Source: a candidate division FCPU426 bacterium (GTDB lineage: Bacteria > Oederibacteriota > Muellerivitia > Muellerivitales > Muellerivitaceae). Taken from it: a DNA stretch of 55,698 bases. A program made the position numbers and the translations under genes. Under the pieces are notes generated by a model. That model was given only the letters and a program-made list of their open reading frames with translations, was not told where the DNA came from and made no database searches. The stretch spans positions 1 through 55,698 of the forward strand of contig PLFD01000054.1 of NCBI GenBank assembly GCA_003136635.1, given 5' to 3'. Of the stretch, positions 9,382 to 18,779 are shown one piece after another. Numbering within the stretch: the first letter of the stretch is position 1; each line of letters starts with the position of its first letter.

Positions 9382-12156
9382 ATGTCCAAGTCTGCTCAAT
9401 CCGTTGTTGCCGCCCCAACCTTTGTGAGGCCGAATACTTTTACCCGTGAAGGTGGTTTGAAATTCAAACGTTTCTTCACCAAGAAAGGCGTTCATCCTTT
9501 TGATGACGTGGAATGGGAATTGCGCAGCGCGGGAATCACCGATGAAAAAGGAAAGGTGATCTTTGAGCAAAAGGACGTCGAGGTTCCCAAGACATGGTCC
9601 CAAACCGCTACCAACATCGTGGTCTCCAAATATTTCCACGGCCAGATGGGTACGGAGCAGCGTGAACGCAGTGTCAAGCAATTGATCCGCCGCGTGGCTG
9701 ATACCATCGCGGAATGGGGCAAGGACATGGGTTACTTCGCCGCCGATGAAGACGCGGAAATCTTTCACAGCGAACTTTTGCACCTTTTAGTCCACCAGAA
9801 AATGGCGTTCAACTCGCCGGTGTGGTTTAACGTCGGCGTCGAACCCCGTCCCCAGTGTTCCGCCTGTTTCATTAACAGCGTCTCGGACAACATGGAAGCC
9901 ATTCTCGATTTGGCGAAAACCGAAGGCATGCTCTTTAAATACGGATCGGGAACGGGAACGAACTTCTCCAACCTTCGCGGCAGCAGAGAAAAACTCTCGG
10001 GCGGCGGCACGGCCTCCGGCCCCGTTTCCTTCCTCAAGGGTTACGACTCCTTCGCGGGCGTCATCAAGTCCGGCGGTAAAACCCGCCGCGCGGCCAAGAT
10101 GGTTATTTTGGACGCCGAACATCCGGATATCGTAGATTTCATCAAAACCAAGTCGGACGAAGAAAAGAAAGCCTGGGCGCTTATTGACGCCGGCTACGAC
10201 GGCGGGTTCAACGTTCCGGGCGGCGCTTACGATTCCGTCCAGTTCCAGAACGCCAACCACTCAGTCCGCGTGACCGACGAGTTCATGACCGCCGCCACCA
10301 GCGACGGAACCTGGACCACCAAAGCCCGCAAAGACAACGCTCCCATGGATACCTACAAGGCCAAGGACCTATTGCGCATGATCGCCGAATCCACCTGGAT
10401 CTGCGGCGACCCGGGCATGCAGTTCGACACTAAAATCAACCAATGGCACACCTCGTCCAACACGGCGCGTATCAACTCCTCCAATCCTTGCTCCGAGTAT
10501 ATGTACCTGGACGATTCGGCCTGCAATTTGGCGTCCCTCAACCTCATGAAGTTCCGCAATGAAGACGACGAGTTTGATATCGAAGCCTTCAAGCACGCCG
10601 TGGATGTCACCATCCTGGCGCAGGAAATTACCGTGGATAACGCCAGCTACCCCACCAAGCAGATCGAGCGCAACTCGCATGACTACCGTCCTTTGGGCCT
10701 GGGCTACGCCAACCTGGGCGCCCTGCTCATGTCCCGCGGTCTGCCTTACGACGGCGAAAGCGGCCGCAACTATGCCGCGGTCATCACCGCTCTCATGCAG
10801 GGCGAGGCCAATCTCATGTCTTCCCGCATCGCTAAAGAAGTGGGTCCTTTCCAGGGCTATGCCCGCAACGAAGAACCCATGTTGAAAGTCATGAAGATGC
10901 ACCAAACCGAAGCCGCGAAGATCAAGCGCGAAGGCGTCTCCGACGAGCTTTTCATCGCCGCCCAGGCGGTCTGGAAAGAAGTCCAGACCCACGGTAAAGA
11001 ATGGGGCTTCCGCAACGGCCAGGTTTCCGTTCTGGCGCCGACCGGCACCATCGGCTTCCTGATGGATTGCGACACCACCGGTGTCGAGCCGGATATCGCT
11101 TTGGTGAAATACAAAAAGCTGGTGGGCGGTGGCGTCATCAAGATCGTCAACCAAACCGTTCCGCACGCCTTGAAGCATTTGAACTACAGCGAAAGCCAGG
11201 TGAAGGACATTTTGGCCTACATCGAAGCGCATGACACCATCGAGGGCGCGCCGCACCTGAAGGCCGAACATTTAACCGTGTTCGATTGCGCTTTCAAGCC
11301 GATGAACGGAACCCGTTCCATTCATTACATGGGCCACATCCGCATGATGGCCGCGGTTCAGCCGTTCCTGTCGGGCGCGATTTCCAAAACGGTCAATCTG
11401 CCCCACGAAGCCACAGTGGATGACATCATGCAGGCCTATATCGAGTCCTGGAAACTGGGCTTGAAGGCGGTCGCTATTTACCGCGACGGCTGCAAACGGT
11501 CCCAGCCTCTTTCCACCAACCTGGAAAACGGCAAAGCCGCCACGGCCAAACTGGCCCGCCGCCGCCTGCCGGATGAGCGCGAAGCCATCACCCACAAGTT
11601 CTCCATCGCGGGCCACGAGGGTTATATCACCGTCGGCAAGTTCGAGGATGGAACCCCGGGCGAGGTCTTCATCACCATGTCGAAAGAAGGTTCGACGGTT
11701 TCCGGTCTCATGGATTCCTTCGCCACCGCTATTTCGCTGGCGTTCCAATACGGCGTGCCGCTGAAAGTCTTGATCAACAAGTTCAGCCATAGCCGTTACG
11801 AGCCGTCGGGTATCACCAACAACCCGGAAGTTCGTTTCGCGAAATCCATCACCGACTATATCTTCCGCTGGATGGCGTTGAAGTTTTTGCCGGCCGGTGA
11901 AAGAGGCTCGGCGGAATTAGCCGAGGGTGTGGAAATCGCCCCGAAGCACGCGGCTGCCACGGCCCATGCTCCGGTGGCCGAGGCTCCGCATACCCACGCG
12001 AAGGGTGAAGTTCACAGCGATTCGGAAAAGCGGGAAAAGGGCGTGTTTCAGTCCCAGTCCGACGCTCCGCCTTGCCCCGAATGTGGCACTATCATGGTCC
12101 GCAGCGCTGCCTGCTATAAGTGCCTGAATTGCGGTACTTCCAGCGGCTGCTCTTAA
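9382..12156 (+). CDS. nrdJ: class II adenosylcobalamin-dependent ribonucleoside-diphosphate reductase
   Basis: Active-site stretch NPCSEYMYLDDSACNLASLNL, GTIGF and AIYRDG blocks, and a C-terminal CxxC...CxxC zinc ribbon. Start moved to the ATG at 9382, which follows AGGAGG. Confidence 0.9.
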   Translation: MSKSAQSVVAAPTFVRPNTFTREGGLKFKRFFTKKGVHPFDDVEWELRSAGITDEKGKVIFEQKDVEVPKTWSQTATNIVVSKYFHGQMGTEQRERSVKQLIRRVADTIAEWGKDMGYFAADEDAEIFHSELLHLLVHQKMAFNSPVWFNVGVEPRPQCSACFINSVSDNMEAILDLAKTEGMLFKYGSGTGTNFSNLRGSREKLSGGGTASGPVSFLKGYDSFAGVIKSGGKTRRAAKMVILDAEHPDIVDFIKTKSDEEKKAWALIDAGYDGGFNVPGGAYDSVQFQNANHSVRVTDEFMTAATSDGTWTTKARKDNAPMDTYKAKDLLRMIAESTWICGDPGMQFDTKINQWHTSSNTARINSSNPCSEYMYLDDSACNLASLNLMKFRNEDDEFDIEAFKHAVDVTILAQEITVDNASYPTKQIERNSHDYRPLGLGYANLGALLMSRGLPYDGESGRNYAAVITALMQGEANLMSSRIAKEVGPFQGYARNEEPMLKVMKMHQTEAAKIKREGVSDELFIAAQAVWKEVQTHGKEWGFRNGQVSVLAPTGTIGFLMDCDTTGVEPDIALVKYKKLVGGGVIKIVNQTVPHALKHLNYSESQVKDILAYIEAHDTIEGAPHLKAEHLTVFDCAFKPMNGTRSIHYMGHIRMMAAVQPFLSGAISKTVNLPHEATVDDIMQAYIESWKLGLKAVAIYRDGCKRSQPLSTNLENGKAATAKLARRRLPDEREAITHKFSIAGHEGYITVGKFEDGTPGEVFITMSKEGSTVSGLMDSFATAISLAFQYGVPLKVLINKFSHSRYEPSGITNNPEVRFAKSITDYIFRWMALKFLPAGERGSAELAEGVEIAPKHAAATAHAPVAEAPHTHAKGEVHSDSEKREKGVFQSQSDAPPCPECGTIMVRSAACYKCLNCGTSSGCS

Positions 12157-12235
12157 GACGTAGCTAATTCATCGGAGGTTTTACCTCCGTAGGGTCGGCG
12201 AGTCTTTGTTGGGAACATAAACTAGTAACCAAAAA

Positions 12236-12268
12236 CCCTGCCTTCCAAAGGTGGGGTTTTTTGTTTTT
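12236..12268 (+). terminator. rho-independent terminator of nrdJ
   Basis: CCCTGCCTT/AAGGTGGGG hairpin followed by TTTTTTGTTTTT. Confidence 0.6.
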
Positions 12269-12366
12269 GAGAGGTTTTTTGACGCTCTTTAAGCTTTTTT
12301 TGAAAAAAAGTTCAAAAACGGCTTTTTTAAAGGAGAATTAGCTATAATTTATTGTATGACAATAAC

Positions 12367-12394
12367 TTGATATAAGTTTTTTACGTGTTATAAT
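12367..12394 (+). promoter_or_regulatory. near-consensus sigma70 promoter of the low-GC cassette
   Basis: TTGATA (12367-12372), 16-nt spacer, TATAAT (12389-12394), then AGGAG and the ATG at 12420. Confidence 0.45.
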
Positions 12395-12419
12395 AAAAGA
12401 ATCAAGTTTAGGAGAAAAT

Positions 12420-12974
12420 ATGATGGAAGAAAAAAAGCCTTACAAATTACGCATTAAAATCGGTCAAGCTGAATTTGAAGCCGAGGGCTCAGAAGAGACG
12501 GTCAAAGCTCAATTTAAAGAATTTCAGGATTTAATAGTTAAAAAGCCCAACCCATCAGAACAAAGAGAAAGTGTTTCAAACACTGAAAATATGGGTGATT
12601 CAGAGACCCAAAGGTTTGTTGAAGAATATGAAAGTATTTTCAAGATCAATGATGATAAAACTTTGAGTTTGAGAGTTTTACCTAGTGAAAATGATGGGAA
12701 ATTTAAACAAATAGCCGATTCTGCTCTTGTTCTTCTTTACGGTTTTAACAAGGTTTTTTCCCGGACCGATGTTACGGCTTTAACGCTTACTCGCGTTTTG
12801 CGGGAATCGGGAATAGGTGTGATAAAGCGTATTGATGTGCCACTTTCGCAGTATTTAAAAGATGGTTTTATAACGCGAGCTGGGAAGGGTAAGGGTACTT
12901 CTTATAGGACTTCGAATAAAGGAAATACCCAAGCAAATGCTTTGATACAAAAAATGATCGAGCATCTTTCTTAG
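12420..12974 (+). CDS. hypothetical protein with C-terminal winged-helix-like DNA-binding region (low-GC cassette gene 1)
   Basis: Strong SD; C-terminal ...LKDGFITRAGKGKGTSYR resembles the wing 'G.G+GT.Y' of wHTH domains; no other family recognisable; about 35% GC. Confidence 0.5.
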   Translation: MMEEKKPYKLRIKIGQAEFEAEGSEETVKAQFKEFQDLIVKKPNPSEQRESVSNTENMGDSETQRFVEEYESIFKINDDKTLSLRVLPSENDGKFKQIADSALVLLYGFNKVFSRTDVTALTLTRVLRESGIGVIKRIDVPLSQYLKDGFITRAGKGKGTSYRTSNKGNTQANALIQKMIEHLS

Positions 12975-13281
12975 AATTTTATGGAGAGTTAACTATGACA
13001 ACAGTGCAGGGCTAATTTGGTAGCCCAGGAACAGAAATGGGAGTGAACACCCGCCGGTAAGCTGAGTAATTCACTCCCATCCAATAGCCCCTAGACAGGG
13101 GATAAACTTCGTTCATTTTATCCCCCCAAACAAAAATTGCAAGAGATTGCTTAATTCCCCTTAATTAAAGAAAACCAATGGCACTTCTGTGCTATTTGCA
13201 GGTCTTTAAATATAGGGTTCTATTTGAGCCCTTTTGTTTATTAACTCTAATTATTAGCGCGTATCGCGCAGGGAGAAAACA

Positions 13282-14250
13282 ATGAAGAAAAATTTGCGTA
13301 AGATTCCAAAAGAAATTTTGGAAAAAATAAAAAAATCAAAAGCTGAAACTTTTGTTGCTGGATGTGCAGTTAAATTTTCGGGCGAAGATATTCGAAAAGG
13401 CACCCTAAGTCATTTAGGGATTGTTATGGGCACTGATGTACTACTGGTACCTGATCGGATTGTTCCGCCCGCTACTCAGGGTAAGAATTCGGCGATAAAC
13501 GTAAATGGGGAAGAAATAAGACGAGATGATCTTCCGAAAGAAACTCATTACACTCCAGTTGAAGCGCCTAATTGGGGAGATTCATACAATGGGACTCATA
13601 CCGTTTGGTTGCCGCATGAAGCGTACCCTCGTGAGTTTAATTCACCTAGGCTTTTGGAAATTTCGATGACTTGTGCAAATCCTCAACCTGACCAAAAAGA
13701 ATATTTAATCTCTTTCAGAGTTGAAGAAATTCTTGATATTAAACACAAGAATTTTCATAAGTGGTTATTGGAGGATTTAAATCTTCTTCAAGAAAATGTC
13801 GGTGCTTACGGGATTGAAGAAGCTGAAAAACCTATTGCTGAATATATAAATTCTTTAAATGTAACTTGGGACATTTTGCCTCCGGGTACAAAAGAAGAGG
13901 CCATAAGAAGGATATTTAGTGGCGCCGTACCAAAACAAAAACAAAGGGAAACGGCTGGAGAGCGTTATGATTTTTTTATGAGCCTAAAGCCTATCCGATT
14001 CGTTTTTGGGAAAAGTGGGTTTCGACGTTATTTTGGTGCCAAGATAGAGGAGAACCTCATTATCTTTGAGAATATGGAATATGGTAATGCAATTTATATT
14101 CTCTTTGATAAATGGGAGGAAATGAGTAAAAGGTCAAGACTGGAGTTGCTGTCAGGTAAGTTCGGCACAGACTTTTTCCGGGTTGTTCATAAAGACGGCT
14201 GGGAGGAAACAGTGCGAAGTTATATATCTGAAAAAAAGAAATCGGCATAA
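13282..14250 (+). CDS. hypothetical protein (low-GC cassette gene 2)
   Basis: 322-aa ORF with SD AGGGAG; no recognisable motif; AT-rich codon usage unlike the flanking genes. Confidence 0.5.
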   Translation: MKKNLRKIPKEILEKIKKSKAETFVAGCAVKFSGEDIRKGTLSHLGIVMGTDVLLVPDRIVPPATQGKNSAINVNGEEIRRDDLPKETHYTPVEAPNWGDSYNGTHTVWLPHEAYPREFNSPRLLEISMTCANPQPDQKEYLISFRVEEILDIKHKNFHKWLLEDLNLLQENVGAYGIEEAEKPIAEYINSLNVTWDILPPGTKEEAIRRIFSGAVPKQKQRETAGERYDFFMSLKPIRFVFGKSGFRRYFGAKIEENLIIFENMEYGNAIYILFDKWEEMSKRSRLELLSGKFGTDFFRVVHKDGWEETVRSYISEKKKSA

Positions 14251-14269
14251 TTTAAAACTGGTTGTAATA

Positions 14270-14302
14270 AAAAAATCCGGCTCTCAAGAGTCGGATTTTT
14301 TT
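14270..14302. terminator. bidirectional rho-independent terminator between cassette gene 2 and the convergent SDR gene
   Basis: AAAAAAATCCGGCTCTcaagAGTCGGATTTTTTT: A-tract, imperfect 9-bp stem, T-tract. Confidence 0.5.
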
Positions 14303-14328
14303 ATTGTCATGAAAACCACGCATCTTTC

Positions 14329-15225
14329 CTATATTCGTTTCGAGAAATACTCCAAATGCTTCGCGATTTCGGGGGAGGCCGCAAAATCCAGGCCGAACTC
14401 TTTTTTAATTAGGCTCATGTCAAACAGCATGGGTTTGGCATCCCAGCCCTTGTCTTCCACCACAATCTTGCTCTTAGAACCCGTCATCTCAATCGCTTTG
14501 TGAGCTACTTTTTCCCAGGTCACAAACTCACTGGACAGGCCGAAGAAAATGCGGCGGTTCAGGTTGCTGTTTAAAACGGCGCTGTACAACTTCGCCAGAT
14601 CGCCGGCCCAGATGAACTGGGTGCCGTCGTGCTTTGTGACGGTGATGGGTTCATTCTTTTTTGCCGCGGCGACAATCTGGCTGAAACGTTTATCAGGCTG
14701 GGTGACTCCGTCGGTGAAAGCGGGATTGCCGAAGGTGTAGCCAGGGCGGATGATGTTGCAACGCATGCGCGCTTTGGCGGCGAAGCCCAAGAGATAAGCC
14801 TCGGAAGCGGCCTTGGTGGCGCCGTAAAGGTCCACCGGCCGCAGATCGATGCTTTCATTCATGAGCGGGCGAAATTCACCTACCGCCGCCGTGGAGGAGG
14901 TGTATAGAAACTGCTTCACACCGGCCCCCTCCGCCGCTTCCAGCAAAAAGGCGGTGACCGCCGTGTCGTTTTGAAGCATGGTGGTGGGGGTTTCACCCCA
15001 GCCCAGGGCGATATGCACGCAGGCGTCGCAGCCTTGAAGGGCCTTTTCGATAACCGGCTGGTCGTAAATCGTGCCTTCCACAAGTTCAACGCCCGGCATG
15101 GTTTTCAGCGAGGGGATTTTGCCCGTATTGCGGATTAAAAGCCGCAGGGAATGGCCCTGGGCCAAAAGCTCTTTGACCACCCAATGCCCGATAAAGCCGC
15201 TGCCGCCGGTTAAAAATACTTTCAT
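14329..15225 (-). CDS. NAD-dependent epimerase/dehydratase family protein (extended SDR)
   Basis: MKVFLTGGSGFIGHWVV Rossmann motif (start moved to this ATG at 15225, with AGGCGG upstream); SDR-like YxxxK region. Confidence 0.7.
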   Translation of the reverse strand: MKVFLTGGSGFIGHWVVKELLAQGHSLRLLIRNTGKIPSLKTMPGVELVEGTIYDQPVIEKALQGCDACVHIALGWGETPTTMLQNDTAVTAFLLEAAEGAGVKQFLYTSSTAAVGEFRPLMNESIDLRPVDLYGATKAASEAYLLGFAAKARMRCNIIRPGYTFGNPAFTDGVTQPDKRFSQIVAAAKKNEPITVTKHDGTQFIWAGDLAKLYSAVLNSNLNRRIFFGLSSEFVTWEKVAHKAIEMTGSKSKIVVEDKGWDAKPMLFDMSLIKKEFGLDFAASPEIAKHLEYFSKRI

Positions 15226-15436
15226 GGATATTCCGCCTTTTTGGATTTTCGTTTGATTCAAACCAGCGTAGTTTAGTGCGGCTTTTAAACGCTTCGGGAA
15301 CAAAAAGTGGTTTCGGGCCAATTTTCCCAAGCCATAGGTTGTAACCTTTAGCTTGTTTTACTTAATGAAAGTCTCGAGTATTATTTATTCACTTAGATAG
15401 ATGTCTGGCATTTTCTAACTACGGAGCGCCAAAACC

Positions 15437-15937
15437 ATGAATGAATGGACGGATTTTCTAGTAGCGTCGTCGGGCGCGTCGGCGGCCTTGTTGGGCCTTT
15501 TGTTTGTGGCGCTGGCCATCAACCTCAAAAAAATCCTTTCCGTCCCGCTTTTGCCTGGCCGGGCCTTCGCGGCCATGCTTTTACCGGCGACGATGCTGGT
15601 GGTTTCCCTCTGCGCGCTGGTGCCGGGGCTTAATCCAAATACTTTGGGGTGGGTAACCTTTCTGCCGGGCGTGCTGGACTGGATATTCGGCATGAAGGGT
15701 TATTGGGCCAGTTTTAAATATTTTCGTTCGAATAAAAAGAAATTGGCGATACCCTTTTATTATTTTTTCCTGCGGTTCTCGCTGGTACAGCTGGGCACAT
15801 TGCCCTATCTGGTTGCGGGAATTCTGTTCTGGACCAACAATTCCTCCGCCCCCTATTGGCTGGTGCCGGCTTTTCTCTTTTCAATCCTGACCGCCCTTTA
15901 CGACACCTGGGTTCTTTTGATTGAGATCAACCGGTAG
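15437..15937 (+). CDS. hypothetical integral membrane protein (4 TM)
   Basis: Four hydrophobic helices; no motif. Confidence 0.4.
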   Translation: MNEWTDFLVASSGASAALLGLLFVALAINLKKILSVPLLPGRAFAAMLLPATMLVVSLCALVPGLNPNTLGWVTFLPGVLDWIFGMKGYWASFKYFRSNKKKLAIPFYYFFLRFSLVQLGTLPYLVAGILFWTNNSSAPYWLVPAFLFSILTALYDTWVLLIEINR

Positions 15938-15955
15938 GGTTTAAAAAAGGGTAAG

Positions 15956-16180
15956 TTAGCGGCTATGAGCTGTTTGAACCTTGGCGAGTTTAATTAATGA
16001 GCGGAGAGCCTGATTGACGGATTCGGCATTGTTGAAGGCTTTGGCCACCTCCGCATCCAAATGGACGAGATTGGTAGTCGCCTTATTCGCGTCCCAATCG
16101 AAAACAAGAGCCAATTTATCCGCCTTTAAAAAAGCCGTGATGATGGTTTGAAACTGCCAGGACAAACCAGGCAATCCCAA
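15956..16180 (-). CDS. small orphan ORF with ribbon-helix-helix (ParD/CopG)-like C-terminus
   Basis: ...VHLDAEVAKAFNNAESVNQALRSLIKL resembles RHH antitoxin/regulator cores; no partner toxin gene adjacent; start uncertain. Confidence 0.2.
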   Translation of the reverse strand: MGLPGLSWQFQTIITAFLKADKLALVFDWDANKATTNLVHLDAEVAKAFNNAESVNQALRSLIKLAKVQTAHSR

Positions 16181-16321
16181 GTATTATCAATTAAATCAAG
16201 ACGGGCAAGCGACGCGGGACTATGGCTTTTCCGTTTGGTCCGCGATAAAAAAACCTATCTTGCTATCAATTTCAATACGGCTTTATTGTATCCAAATTAA
16301 ATTTGTTGTAAGAGGTGCTTC

Positions 16322-17257
16322 ATGTTACAAACCATCTTAGGATCCAGCGGGATCATCGGAATTGAGCTGGCGAAAGAACTCAATAAAAGGGGAAAACCGC
16401 TTCGGCTGGTCAGCCGCAAACCGCAAAACCTTGAACTGGGCGGAGAGCATGTGGCGGCGGACCTTCTGGACGCGGACGCGGTCAGACGGGCGGTGAGCGG
16501 TTCGCAGGTGGTCTACCTGACGGCGGGTCTGCTTTACGATTCCCGAGTGTGGAAAGTGCAGTGGCCGAAAATTATCCAGAACACCATTGCCGCCTGCCGG
16601 GAACATGGCGCGCGGCTGGTGTTTTTTGACAATCTCTACCTCTACGGCCCCGTGGAGGGCTGGATGACGGAACAGACTCCCGCGAAACCTCTGTCCGAAA
16701 AAGGAAAAATCCGCGCCGAACTTCAGCACACGCTTCTGCAGGAATCCCAGAAGGGCAACCTGGATGCCCGCATCGCCCGGTCGGCGGATTTTTACGGGCC
16801 TGGCGCCAAAAACGGCATTCCCAATATGATGATTTTCGCCAACCTGGCCGCAGGCAAAAGCCCCCAATGGATGGCCAGCGGCAAGTACCGCCATTCACTG
16901 ACCTATACGCTGGACGCGGCAAGGGCCACCGCCGAGCTGGGCCTGAGGGACGACCTGCCGGGAGGCCAGAGGGTATGGCACCTGCCCACCGCCCCGGACC
17001 CGCTGACCGCTGAAGACCTGGCGCTGGCATCGGCCCAGGCGATGGGGGTAACCCCCAAGTCCCTCCAGCTGTTACCACCCTGGATGATCAGGGTAGCGGG
17101 GCTGTTTAAACGGGAGATTAAAGAACTGGGGGAGATGCTTTACCAGTACGACAGGGACTATCTTTTCTCGTCGGCCGCCTTTGAAAAGGAATTCAAGATA
17201 ATGCCCACCCCCTATGCCGAGGGTATCCGGGATACGGCGAAAAGTTACCGGCATTAA
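16322..17257 (+). CDS. NAD(P)H-binding NmrA/epimerase-like SDR protein
   Basis: ILGSSGIIGIELAKEL glycine-rich Rossmann N-terminus; about 310 aa. Confidence 0.65.
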   Translation: MLQTILGSSGIIGIELAKELNKRGKPLRLVSRKPQNLELGGEHVAADLLDADAVRRAVSGSQVVYLTAGLLYDSRVWKVQWPKIIQNTIAACREHGARLVFFDNLYLYGPVEGWMTEQTPAKPLSEKGKIRAELQHTLLQESQKGNLDARIARSADFYGPGAKNGIPNMMIFANLAAGKSPQWMASGKYRHSLTYTLDAARATAELGLRDDLPGGQRVWHLPTAPDPLTAEDLALASAQAMGVTPKSLQLLPPWMIRVAGLFKREIKELGEMLYQYDRDYLFSSAAFEKEFKIMPTPYAEGIRDTAKSYRH

Positions 17258-17482
17258 ATAAACAGGGTCTGTGATTGGATAGGCTTGGCTTACTCACCAA
17301 TTGCCCGACAGATTAAACTTTAACCGGTAAGACTTATCGGTGATTTTATGAAGAAATCCGTAAACTCCTTAAAACCCGGCGTTCTCCGTGAATGATTTAA
17401 ATATTTTCGCGGAAACAACGGAGTGACTGGGAGTTAAATATATTATTCCCTTCATTTCCAAGATCTGAAAATGTGCGTAAAC

Positions 17483-17527
17483 CAGTCATATCAAATTGAT
17501 ATGAAAATTCTCGATTTGATATGACTG
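17483..17527. promoter_or_regulatory. perfect 14-bp inverted repeat with 17-bp spacer upstream of the lpxL-like gene
   Basis: CAGTCATATCAAAT (17483-17496) ...17 nt... ATTTGATATGACTG (17514-17527), about 160 nt upstream of the ATG. Confidence 0.4.
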
Positions 17528-17686
17528 TCACTAAATAAATTTTTCAACCCGTTTTAAGGCCAATTAAAAAGCCATTTTCCGTAGTTGGGATTGTAGTGAT
17601 GAGGGAATGTTTCTTGCTTTCATTTTGAGCGAGCCGGTTTTTTAAAAAAAACTCGGCGACGTTCAAAAAAAGTGAGAGACATTGAA

Positions 17687-18637
17687 ATGAAGAGACCTCT
17701 TCGGAAAATTAAAAACGATCTCATCTATTACGGTTCCAGAACCCTTATTTTTTTAATCGGGTTTTTGTCGTACGAGCAGGCAGGGCGGTTGGGCCGGATA
17801 TTTGGAGTTGCCATTTTCAATTTGGCCGGTGGTGAGCGCCGCAATACGCTTCACAGCATTCGAACCGCCTATCCGTCAGGTTTAAGCGATGAAGAAGTAG
17901 AGCAATTGGGAATGCGGGTTTGGGAAGGGCTGGGGCGAAACCTGTTTGAGGTGGTCCGGTGGATGAACATGCCCCGCCAAACGGTCGTCTCCCAAATCGC
18001 GCAAGTGGAAGGCTGGGAACATCTGGAAAACGCGATCAACCGGGGCAAGGGCGTTTTTTTGGTGACCGGGCATCTGGGAAACTGGGAATTGCTGGGGGCC
18101 TATCTGGCCTCGCGGCATCCCACTTCGGCTGTGGCCAAAGCTGTTTATGATCCCCGCTTTGATACGCTGATCACTTCGCTTCGCACGGAAAAGCTCAAGG
18201 CCACTATGATCAAGCGGGGCATGGCGCTTCGGGGCATTATTGAGGCGCTGCGTCAGAACCACGTCATCCTGATGCTATGCGACCAGGACACGGGTAAGGA
18301 TGGGGTTTTTGTGCCGTTTTTTGAAAAGCTGGCCTGGACCCAATCGGGCGTGGCCCGCATTGCCCAAAGGCGCGGGGCGGCCATTGTGCCGGCGTTCGCG
18401 GTTCGGGGTGAAGATCACCAGTTTAAAATTCAGGTGGAAAAGGAAATCCAAATTCCGGTTACCCATGACCCCGAAGCGGATGTGCTGGAAACGGTGAACC
18501 GCTACACCCGGGTAATCGAAACTTATGTGAAAACCTATCCCAATCAATGGATGTGGATGCACCGCCGGTGGAAGACCAGGCCTGAAATAGAGGCAGTTTC
18601 TACAAGGGGTCAGAAAGAGTTCGCGGGCATCAATTAA
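17687..18637 (+). CDS. lipid A biosynthesis lauroyl/myristoyl acyltransferase (LpxL/HtrB family)
   Basis: KGVFLVTGHLGNWELLGAYLA, the HtrB/MsbB catalytic H-box, and overall about 310-aa architecture. Start at the ATG at 17687, which follows GAGAG. Confidence 0.7.
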   Translation: MKRPLRKIKNDLIYYGSRTLIFLIGFLSYEQAGRLGRIFGVAIFNLAGGERRNTLHSIRTAYPSGLSDEEVEQLGMRVWEGLGRNLFEVVRWMNMPRQTVVSQIAQVEGWEHLENAINRGKGVFLVTGHLGNWELLGAYLASRHPTSAVAKAVYDPRFDTLITSLRTEKLKATMIKRGMALRGIIEALRQNHVILMLCDQDTGKDGVFVPFFEKLAWTQSGVARIAQRRGAAIVPAFAVRGEDHQFKIQVEKEIQIPVTHDPEADVLETVNRYTRVIETYVKTYPNQWMWMHRRWKTRPEIEAVSTRGQKEFAGIN

Positions 18638-18779
18638 GTGAAAATGGGGTTACGCTGGACTTCCCCTGATTTAGTGGACACCCAGTAGTTCGACATAACC
18701 GCCATCTCCCCTATGCCTAGGGTATCCAGGATAGGTGGAAAGCTACAAAACCGCACCCTAAGGGGCGCTTAAACCAAAC

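Noticed and set aside
9370-11790. Multiple long minus-strand and alternate-frame ORFs inside nrdJ (for example 10369-11271, 300 aa, and 11272-11790, 172 aa).
   Set aside because: They lie fully inside a confidently identified GC-rich gene, have no start signals, and their products are Arg/Gly/Ala-rich nonsense typical of antisense frames.
16337-17254. Antisense ORFs across the NmrA-like SDR gene (16337-16894, 16572-17078).
   Set aside because: Same reasoning: GC-rich antisense artefacts.
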